This document shows, one piece after another, positions 40,501 through 48,400 of a stretch of DNA of 64,000 nucleotides. The stretch is from Squalus acanthias (Eukaryota). A program made the position numbers and the translations under genes. The notes below the pieces were generated by a model that was given only the letters and a program-made list of their open reading frames with translations, did not search any database and was not told where the DNA came from. Each line of letters opens with the position of its first letter. The first letter of the stretch is position 1. Where the stretch lies: contig CM059431.1 of the NCBI GenBank assembly GCA_030390025.1, positions 150,972,001-151,036,000 of the forward strand. Direction: 5' to 3'.

Positions 40501-42075
40501 CGGCCTCAGCTTGCCGTGACGCTCTTGGAGCAGCACGGCGCTTAAGCTGTCTCCGCTGGCAGCTACCTCCAGGAAAAACTCCTTCCCCCCATCTATGGCC
40601 CCTAAGGCTGGCGCGGTCTGCAGATCCCTTTTTAACTTCTCGAAGGCTGCTTGGCAGCCCTCGTCCCAAAGCCACTCTACTCCCTTATGGAGGAGTCGGA
40701 GGAGCGGCGCCGCTGTGGCCGCATAATCCTCGATAAAATCCCTGCAGTAACCGGTCAGTCCCAAGAAGGACCTCACACCCCTTACGTTGTTGGGAATCGG
40801 TAATTCTTGCACCGACTCCCTCCTTGCTTTGTCTATGGCTCTTTCCCCAGCGCGTAGGGTCAGTCCCAGGAATTTTACTTCCTGCTGACCGATACGTGCT
40901 TTCTTTGGGTTTACTTTAAAACCCTTTCTCGCTAACAGCTCCAATAACTCGTCCAGTAGTGGTCCGTGCTCCTCCCTTGAGTCCGTAAATAGGAGCAAAT
41001 CATCCACATACTGTACTATCTGATTGGGCTGACTAAACTCCTTTAAACTTCCTGCCATACACTGGTGAAAAATACTGGGGCTATTGTGGAAACCCTGTGG
41101 CAAGCAGTTCCACGTGTACTGTTGCCCTTTAAACGTAAAGGCAAACTTGTACTGGTCCTCTCGCCGCAGCGGGATGGACCAAAAACCGTTCGAGATATCC
41201 AGCACCGTGAACGTGGTCGCGGACGCTGGGATGCTCCCTATTAGGTCAGCAACTGCTGCTACTGTGGGCGCGCAGGCGGGGATGTTACTGTTAAGGACTC
41301 TGTAGTCCACCGTGGCTCTCCACGAATTATCCGGCTTCCTAACCGGCCATAATGGGGAGTTCACGTGTGTGGCTATCGGCCTCAACACGCCCTGCTGCAC
41401 CAAGGAAGACATTGCTGCCTCCATATCGGGTTCTGCTTCTTTGGGGAAGTTATACTGCTTTTGGGGTCGGGTCATGGGGTCCCCATCTACGCTGACCTCA
41501 AACCCGACCACCCTCCCACAATCGTGCTTGTGGGTTGCAAACGCGTGCATATTATCTGTCACGTACGTTTGCATGTCCGTTGGGACATCTGCGACCATAA
41601 GCCTGAGGTCGTAGCCTCCGGATGGCTGTACGGTACACAGGACCCCTGTTTCTTCCTCCCCTTGAATTACCATTACCTCGCCTTTTTCACCTTTAGCCCC
41701 CCAGAGACAGTGATTTCTGAGGTCCACGAGGATCCCGTGTCCCGCTAGCAGATCGGACCCGAGAATACCTCTTCCACCCCCCTTTTGCCATGCCATCAGT
41801 ATACACTTCCACTTAAGGCGAAGTGTCCCTAAACGAATGGATAGCGGGAGGGAAAACGTGCCAGCCTGTTCTTTCCCTGTGAACCCTGCTAGCGTGAATG
41901 GGACCTTGGTAGATAGCGGCGAGTCAAAAGGGTCATCTGTATGGATTATGGTGCAAGAAGCTCCCGTGTCCAACAAATAACTGCCCTTTTGTTTCTCTAC
42001 CTCCATCTCCACCACAGGTCGCCTCCACGCATCATAGCTGAGCGGACACAGGTAGACGGGCTGTGCTGGTTCTAG
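37534..42075 (-). CDS. pol: Pol polyprotein (protease, RT, tether RNase H, RNase H, integrase, C-terminal extension), in frame with gag
   Basis: LLDTGA; LDISNGFWSIPL, LPQGFHNSP, YVDD (40999-41010); degenerate RNase H LEVAAS...YSSRVL; second RNase H YVDGS, AQQAEL, SDS, GNRQADALA; HHCC and D,D-35-E (IDYIGP, SDQGSHF, GIVERMN); GPY. The frame is open from directly after the gag stop. Confidence 0.95.
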   Translation of the reverse strand, partial: LEPAQPVYLCPLSYDAWRRPVVEMEVEKQKGSYLLDTGASCTIIHTDDPFDSPLSTKVPFTLAGFTGKEQAGTFSLPLSIRLGTLRLKWKCILMAWQKGGGRGILGSDLLAGHGILVDLRNHCLWGAKGEKGEVMVIQGEEETGVLCTVQPSGGYDLRLMVADVPTDMQTYVTDNMHAFATHKHDCGRVVGFEVSVDGDPMTRPQKQYNFPKEAEPDMEAAMSSLVQQGVLRPIATHVNSPLWPVRKPDNSWRATVDYRVLNSNIPACAPTVAAVADLIGSIPASATTFTVLDISNGFWSIPLRREDQYKFAFTFKGQQYTWNCLPQGFHNSPSIFHQCMAGSLKEFSQPNQIVQYVDDLLLFTDSREEHGPLLDELLELLARKGFKVNPKKARIGQQEVKFLGLTLRAGERAIDKARRESVQELPIPNNVRGVRSFLGLTGYCRDFIEDYAATAAPLLRLLHKGVEWLWDEGCQAAFEKLKRDLQTAPALGAIDGGKEFFLEVAASGDSLSAVLLQERHGKLRPVVYSSRVLTDVERSFSNCERHLLATHWAVKRSAIFTGLSPITLLTHHTPTKMLLDGRIKDGTVSSARIARWTLLLSQLDIRVKGLCEPRLAANLVYPGTAHRCSVEGVWDVNIGLRAGIHPTGREIYVDGSSTVSAGERLTGCGVYDPAADLALAIKLPSTMSAQQAELSAVVYVVTHPDIFPTPYTICSDSMFTCNSCTEYLAIWSRRGYTSADGRPLTVKPLLEKILAAAVGEEGEIFIHKVKAHSSTEPRGEGNRQADALAREGARDGTFWNPYRTGPIAAVRGGDGNTGNTRVALPLDLKTVQAQDPALKAVLKTIAEGRQVEGPCSTATLSVKEGMLFREEQWVVPQQHRREFLQLAHEGPGAGHPGPEVTWQRVEQAGWWPGLREQVREFCANCLVCAANNPDPQKRKVPMGHVRRVEGPWQSIQIDYIGPLPTTQGGYKYCLVLVDVFSKWVEAFPCRTATALGTAKILVREVFSRWGLPRFVESDQGSHFTGQVMQNTLMLLGIEGKWHVAHNPQSSGIVERMNRTLKEKLRKETRNSPQKWAEVLPLVLMGVRASQSKSTGYSPHEVMTGRLMRTPTHVLAPVLTEGQLQEISRDKFAQTLLERLKQVYEQAAGNMGRQHQGNRLLLEPRKTREWEVGDQVMVRNYARVGSLEPLYMGPYNIVDKASSMVYAVKVPRRTKWFHINQCKLYQPGAQGKTTGVNPANGKTQPQVGPQGTQAGVAACIRGRDIPDDHAAFFWSWGLDDEDPRVPWSDEDSADEHSDDDGWFQRNGLGGLGPLGRDPYGVDTQAAGPDSRRKELEEAGPAAMWFPEVWPPALNVQSSGEAEFASEGPPAGPSRAGPRTASPEVREAESAEAGLAPVMEPQVIPLKVSGPGPSVTEPPPIAIPRRSSRVPQPRKMWSGPQAAPGRKFQVKITRVETGHIEAVTGCGRSEERVSAATGCGRSEERVSAATGCGRSEGRVSALPPSGRARSSLLRI
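37583..37699 (-). repeat. 3 x 39-bp in-frame tandem repeat at the Pol C-terminus
   Basis: Encodes A(V/A)TGCGRSE(E/G)RVS three times. Confidence 0.9.
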
Positions 42076-43887
42076 TCATGGGGCACTATTAGACGGTCCT
42101 GCGGCACCTACGGGGCCGGTTGCGACCGCCACCTGTCCACGCGCATTCAAAACCATCTTGCGCATGACTCCTAACACTGCTTCGAGGTCTTCGGGAGAGG
42201 TGGGTGCCTTTGCTTCCTTAGCCGGGACAGGCGCCTGGGTTCGGACCGCGGGATTTTTATCCTTGGAATCCTTCCAAGGGTTCCTGCAGTGCTTGCGCCA
42301 GTGCCCTGTCTTCCCACACCCGTAACAGGCATTACTTGCCTGTGGGGCGCGATTACCCTCCTGATGCCACTCTCTTTGAGTCGGGGCTGCGGGTCGTACC
42401 TCATGTACTCTTCCCTTAAAGGGACGTGTCGTCATACACCTTATGTTACGGTAACCCAACGTGAGTCGATTCAAGACCGACTCTTCCGTAAGGTTGAGGT
42501 CATTGGGATCGAACCAGGCTTTTGCCTGCTCTCTAACGGCTGGTAAACTGTTGGCTATTATGCACCTAAGCCAATGAATTAAAGCGGCGCCTTCCACATC
42601 TTCGCGCTCGGGCGCACCTAGACAGCTGCGCTCATATACTGGCCACAGCCTGTCGGCAAAAACCTTCGGGGGTTCTCCCTCCATCTGCACTGTCTGTCCC
42701 ACTCTAGCAAACGGACCTCCGTCGTTCGCTCCCACTACTTCTAGGACCTCATTTTTCAATTCCTCATAACTTTTATTACCCCTCTTGCTATCGCCTGAGA
42801 GACACTGAAGGACCGAGCTATCTAGTGAGAACAGCAGCATTTTTGCTGTCTCCCCATCATCGCAGCCGTTAATGGCTGCGGCTTGCTCAACTTCCCTGAA
42901 ATGTACGGAAGGGTCGTCTATCTCGGTCAGCTTCCTTACGTGGTTTATCATGGCCCTCAGCTGATGTGAACTGTGAGGCAACACCAGCTGTCCGAGGAGA
43001 TCCCCCGGTTCTTCCCCACCGTTTCTGCTTGGGCCCCTTTTAATACCCGTTACTGGATACAACGATCCCTTTTCTACCTCCTTTTCAACGGGCTCTTTTG
43101 CTTCTTCCGTTGCTTCCTCCCTAACCCAGGTTTCTGAATAGCTGGGTGGCGCGGAGGGCGCAGTGGCTACTACTTCTCCTGCTTTACTTGGTGGGGAATT
43201 TCTAAATCTCTCATTCACTAGTGGCTGGCGCGCCGACGGATTAATAAGGCACACCATGCCGTTCGCATTATTCACGGCCTTTTTGAGGCTCTCTATCTCT
43301 TTTTCGCAGGCGCTATGGTCGGCTCCCTGAAACTTATCCTCAAGGGCCAACTTATACGCCGACCTGACCGCCATTAAGCTCTCTTCTTGAGTTCTTATCT
43401 GGGCAGCTTGACGGTTACATCTTTCCTTCATCCTACTCTCGTTTAATTTTGCTTCAGTGATCTGGCACTCGAGATACTCTACCCTTGTTTTAAGGTAACT
43501 GGAGACTTCCTGGCTTTCCTGGCGTAACTCATTTAAACTCTTAATGAGCGCCTCCCCTCCAGAAACCTTCTCCTCCATTTCCTCCTCTAACTGCTTGATT
43601 CGAGCGGTTAGCGCTGTATTGGTCTGGTTTGAAATCTGAACCTGCCTTTTGTAGCACATAAGCCAGACTGCTTTCTCAACTGCCTTTTTATGCTCCTTAC
43701 TATCAGTCCACCTTTCAGCTGCCTCTAGTGGGCTCTTATCCGCTAACAATTCGCTTATCCACTTTTTCGTTAGATTAACCTTTCCAAACACGTAATCCGC
43801 TATCTTTTCCTGCATCACATTTCGTACAGTCATTCCATAATCTAACACACTACCCTCTCGCTGCCAGTGTCCTGCCGCGGTCGCCAT
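42076..43887 (-). CDS. gag: Gag polyprotein, 603 aa
   Basis: N-terminal coiled-coil-like region, PSAPPSY late motif (43138-43158), capsid-like central region and a single CCHC knuckle CYGCGKTGHWRKHC (42286-42327). Confidence 0.92.
   Translation of the reverse strand: MATAAGHWQREGSVLDYGMTVRNVMQEKIADYVFGKVNLTKKWISELLADKSPLEAAERWTDSKEHKKAVEKAVWLMCYKRQVQISNQTNTALTARIKQLEEEMEEKVSGGEALIKSLNELRQESQEVSSYLKTRVEYLECQITEAKLNESRMKERCNRQAAQIRTQEESLMAVRSAYKLALEDKFQGADHSACEKEIESLKKAVNNANGMVCLINPSARQPLVNERFRNSPPSKAGEVVATAPSAPPSYSETWVREEATEEAKEPVEKEVEKGSLYPVTGIKRGPSRNGGEEPGDLLGQLVLPHSSHQLRAMINHVRKLTEIDDPSVHFREVEQAAAINGCDDGETAKMLLFSLDSSVLQCLSGDSKRGNKSYEELKNEVLEVVGANDGGPFARVGQTVQMEGEPPKVFADRLWPVYERSCLGAPEREDVEGAALIHWLRCIIANSLPAVREQAKAWFDPNDLNLTEESVLNRLTLGYRNIRCMTTRPFKGRVHEVRPAAPTQREWHQEGNRAPQASNACYGCGKTGHWRKHCRNPWKDSKDKNPAVRTQAPVPAKEAKAPTSPEDLEAVLGVMRKMVLNARGQVAVATGPVGAAGPSNSAP
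43869..43886 (-). promoter_or_regulatory. Candidate primer-binding site TGGCGACCGCGGCAGGAC (tRNA-Ser-like, imperfect)
   Basis: Begins with TGG 5 nt after the 5' LTR. Shares TGGCG....CGGCAGGA with the complement of vertebrate tRNA-Ser 3' ends as recalled; not searched. Confidence 0.6.
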
Positions 43888-43891
43888 TTTC

Positions 43892-45488
43892 TGTAAGGGA
43901 TTCTCTCCTGACCCTGCGTGTCTCGTAGCCTGTGAGGTTCACGCGGCTCTGTGCAGCCTGTATGTCAGTGCGTGTCTAGGCCTGGTCTCCAGCCAGTCTG
44001 GGAACACTAGACACCCCTGTGAGTGGTTCGAATCACTCTCCCTTACGGTTCTAGACACTGGACTTAGATGCGAGAGCAGTAATGGAGATAAAACTCATGT
44101 AGACTTGGTTTGAACGGTACGAAATGGAAAATCTTTATTGCATGATACTTAAAATTATGAAATACATGTCATATGCACAGATTAATGACAGTACAATCTT
44201 ACAAACGGTTATAATCACTCTTAGGGAAACGAGGAACGACCAGCACAACGTAAATAGGGCACACATTACAAATATCCTTAATCTTTAAACCCTCCCCTAT
44301 CAATGTCTATCCTAAACTAGCTTCGTAGGATCCCGAGACTCATGCTCACCACTCGTAATAACTCGGAGAAATCCCGAATGGTTGATCGGATGTTTTTCAC
44401 CGCAGCACCTACGTGTTGGTCAGGAGATCTCCTGGTCCCACTTGTTTACTGCTTCTGCTGCTCGGTCAGTCGGCTGGACCGTCCGCTGTAGTGAAGACCT
44501 CTGTTGGTTGGATACAAGGTATGGTGGAGCACCGTTGTCAATATCGCTGATACGATGTGTTTGCACAGTCCAGTTATCTTCGATGCAATATGTCTTGTTA
44601 AAGAAGAAAACTTCCTGTCGAGAAGACTTGGCTGATCGACCTACAGGCGCGGTCGGGATCTACTGACCGTGGCGATGGATAAGGTCTTCTTCTCTTCTCC
44701 TCTCATCTCATCTCATCTCATCTCATCCCGGGCCTTCGGTTCCGCTGCCAGCTACCAACATAGGTCTTTGCAACAGTCTTTTACACAGGAGCAGCCACGA
44801 TGATAACAGCAACAAGCGGCAAGAGTCAAGAACATGAGGCAAGAGCAAGAGCAAGAGGCCAGAGAGAGAATGGACGGTTTGGGGCCTGCAATTATAGTGC
44901 ACAGTTCTTCTGTTTCCCGCCCAACTACAATGTCCATTCTTTTGTTTAAGGTTTGGCGCCCAAAATGTCCTGTATGGGTGATCTCTGTCCTTAATGGGTT
45001 TCGGGGCTACTCCTGAATGTTTGAGTACCTGTTAATATTTCTCCCATTGTTAAATCGGTCGGTGTTCCCCCTGGAGGGGTTTGGGGCTTCCAAGTGTCCT
45101 GTATAACTACCTGCTAACGGCTCTCTCATCGTAGAGCCGTTGGGAGTTTACATATTAATGTCCTTTGGATGGGCCCTTGATGGCTTTCCTTTGTACCTGG
45201 GAGACCGATTCCAGTATCGATGTTTATACTGTAAACCCATAATGTCCTGTGTAATTGTCTTCACTGTGCTGAATCGTTATCGATCTTGCAAGAATGTTTA
45301 TTGGAACGCCATCTTGTCTGCCTGCTGAAAAGTCTAGAATGTTCTGTCACGCGGTGCGGCGGCCATTTTACAGGCTGCTTGTGTCCAATTTAAACCTGAC
45401 AGCATTCCGCTGAAATAAAAGCTGTTTTGAACGAAACTTTGTGTTTTCTCCTCATTAAAATGAAATCGCGATAATTGCGAATTCTACA
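43892..45488 (-). repeat. 5' LTR (1597 bp)
   Basis: Direct repeat of 32898-34494, lying adjacent to the PBS and the gag start. Confidence 0.97.
44890..44897 (-). promoter_or_regulatory. Candidate TATA box in the 5' LTR (copy near 33896-33903)
   Basis: CTATAATT on the minus strand, followed about 20-30 nt later by the pyrimidine-rich CCATTCTCTCTCTGGCCTCTTGC. Confidence 0.45.
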
Positions 45489-48400
45489 CCTGGGTCTATT
45501 TCCCCTGGGTCTCTTTTCCCCTGGGTCTCTTTCCCCTGTGTCTCTATTCCCCTGAGTCTCTTTCCCCTGCGTCTCTTTTCCCCTGAGTCCCTTTTACCCT
45601 GGGTCTCTTTCCCCTGGTTCTCTTTTCACTTAGTCTACTTTACCCTGGGTCTCTTTCCCCTGGGTCTATTTTCCACTGGTTCTCTTTCCCCTGGGTCTAT
45701 TTTCCCCTGGGTCTCTATACCCAGGATTTCAATTCCCTGGGTCTCTTTTCCCTGGGTCTCTATTCCCATATTCTCATTTCCCCTGGGTCTCATTCAGCTG
45801 GGTATCTTTCCCCGGTTTCACTTTTATCCCAGGGTCTCTTACCCCTGGATCTCATTTCAATGGTCTCTTTCCCCTGGGTCTCTTTTCCCCTGGGCCACTT
45901 TCCCCTGGCTCTCATTTCCCTGGGTCTCTTTCCCCTGGGTCTCTATTCCCACGTTTCTTTTTTCCCCTGTGTCTCTTTCCCCTGGGTCTTTTTCCCCTGG
46001 GTGACTTTTCCCCTGGGTATCTTTTCCCCTATGTCTCTTTTCCGCTGTGTCTCTGTCCCCTGGGTCTCTTACCACTGGGTCTCTTTTCAAAAGGGACTAT
46101 TTCCCCTGTGTCTCTTTTCCCCTGGGTCCCATTTCCACAGCGTCTCTTTCCCCGGGGTCTCTTTTCCCCTGGGTCTCTTTTCCCCTGTTTTTCTTTCCCC
46201 TTTGTTTCTTTTACCCTGGGACTCTTTTCCCCTGGGTCTCTTTCCCCTGGGTCTCTTTCCCCTGGGTCTCTTTCCCCTGGGTCTCTTTCCCCTGGGTCTC
46301 TTTTCCCCTGGTTCTCTTTCACCTGGCTCTCAATTCCCCACGGTCTCTTTCCCCTGTGTCTCTTTTCACAATTCTCTTTTCCCCTGGGACTCTTTCCCCT
46401 GGGCCTCTTTTCCCCTTGGGTCTCTTTCCCCTGGATCTCTTTTCCCCTGGGTCTCTTTCCCCTGGATTTCATTTCCATGGGTCTCTTTCCCCTGGGTCTC
46501 TATTCCCATGGGTCTCGTTTCCCCTGTGTCTCATTCAACTGGGTTTCTTCCCCCTGTGTCACTTTTTCCCCTGTGACCCTTATCCCCGGGTCACTTGTCC
46601 CCTGTGTGTCTTACCCCTGCATCTCATTTCCATGGGACTCTTTCCCCTGGGTCTCTTTTCCCCTGGGTCTGTTTCTCACTCTGTCACATTCCCCTGTGTT
46701 TTTTACCCACGGTCGCTTTCTCCAGGGTCTCTTTTCCCCTGTGTCTATTTCCACCTCTGTCTCATTACCCGGGTTTTTTTCCCCTGGCTCTCTTTCCCCT
46801 GAGTCTCTTTTCCCCTTGTTCTCTTTCCACTGGGTCTATTTTCCCCTGGTTCTCTTTCCCCTGGGTCTCATTTCCCCACGGTCTCTTTCCCCTGGGTCTC
46901 TTTTCACATGGTCTATTTTCCCCTGGGACTCTTTCCCCTGAGGCTCTTTTCCCCTGCGTCTCTTTCCCCTGTATCTCATTTCCCTGGGTCTCTTTCTCCC
47001 TGTGTCTCATCACCTGGGTATCTTTCCCCGGTGTCACTTTTTCCCCTGGGTCTCTTTCCCCCTCTGTCTCATACCCCTTGGTCTCCTTCCGCTGGGTCTC
47101 TTTCCCCTGGGTCTCTTTCCCCTGGATTTCATTTCCCTGGGTCTCTTTCCATTGGGTCTCTATTCCTATGGGTCTCGTTTCACCTGTGTCTCATTCAACC
47201 GGGTTTCTTCCCCCGGTGTCACTTTTTCCCCTGGGTCCATTATCCCCGGGTCTCTTTTCCCCTGGGTGTCTTACCCCTGGATCTCATTTCCATGGGACTC
47301 TTTCCCCTGGGTCTCTTTTCCCCTGGGTCTCTTTCCCCTGGGACTCTTTTTCCCCTGGGGCTTTTTTTCCCCTGGGTCTCTTTCCCCTGGATTTCATTTC
47401 CCTGGGTCTCTTTCCCCTGGGTCTCTTTTCCCCTGGGTCTCTTTCCCCTGGGTCTCTATTCCCATGGGTCTCGTTTCCCCTGTGTCTCATTCAACTGGGT
47501 ATCTTCCCACGGTGTCACTTTTTCCCCTGGTTCCCTTTTCCCAGGGTCTATTTTCCCCTGGGTCTCTTTCCCCCTCTGTCTCATTCCCCTGGGTTTTTTC
47601 CCCTGGGTCACTCTTCCCTGCGTCTATTTTCCCCTGGGTCTCTTTCCCCCTCTGTCTCATTCCCTTGTATTTTCCCCCCTGGGTCTCTTTCCCCAGGTTC
47701 TCTTTTCCCCTGGGTCTCTTTTCCCTGGAACTCTTTTCCCCTTGGTTTCTTTCCCCTGGGTCTCTTTTCCACTGGTTCTCTTTCCCCTGGGTCTCATTTC
47801 CCCACGGTCTCTTTCCCCTGGGTCTCTTTTCACATAGTCTCTTTTACCCTGGGACTCATTCCCCTGGGGCTCTTTTACCTGGATCTCATTTCCCTGGGTC
47901 TCTTTCCCCTGGGACTCTTTCCCCTGTGTCTCTTACCCCTGGATCACTTTTCCACTGGGTCTCTTTCCCCCTCTGTCTCATACCCCTTGGTCTCTTTCCG
48001 CTGGGTCTCTTTCCCCTGGGTTTTTTTCCCCTGGGTCTCTTTTCCCTTGGGTCTCTTTCCCCCTCTGTCTCATACCCATTGGTCTCATTCCACTGGGTCT
48101 CTTTCCCCTGTGTCTCTTTTCCCTGGGTCTATTTTCCACTGGTTCTCTTTCCCCTGGGTCTGTTTTCCCCTGGGTCTCTATACCTGGATTTCAATTCTCT
48201 GCGTCTCTTTTCCCTGGGTCTCTATTCACATGTGTCTCTTTTCCACTGGGTCTCATTCAGCTGGGTATCTTTCCCCGGTTTCACTTTTATCCCTGGGTCC
48301 CTTTTCCCCTGTGTTTCTTTTCCCCAGGGTCTCTTACCCCTGGATCTCATTTCCCTGGTCTCTTTCCCCTTGGTCTCTTTTCCCCTGGGCCACTTTCCCC

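Larger units (their letters stand above)
32898..45488 (-). mobile_element. Intact endogenous retrovirus-like provirus (LTR-gag-pol-env-LTR), lokiretrovirus-like
   Basis: Two 1597-bp direct repeats with TGTA...TACA ends, CCTG duplicated at 32894-32897 and 45489-45492, three long open ORFs, and PBS-like and PPT motifs. Lineage assignment is by motif inspection only. Confidence 0.95.

Noticed and set aside
42010..42100. -1 ribosomal frameshift at the gag-pol junction
   Set aside because: Gag and pol are in the same frame and no slippery heptamer is seen. Readthrough fits better.
35225..42546. Antisense and alternate-frame ORFs overlapping gag, pol and env
   Set aside because: Lengths are as expected for shadow ORFs, with no independent evidence.
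44021..44038. GGTTCGAATC resembling a tRNA T-loop or Pol III B-box
   Set aside because: No cloverleaf or A-box is evident. It is better explained as part of a U5 palindrome.
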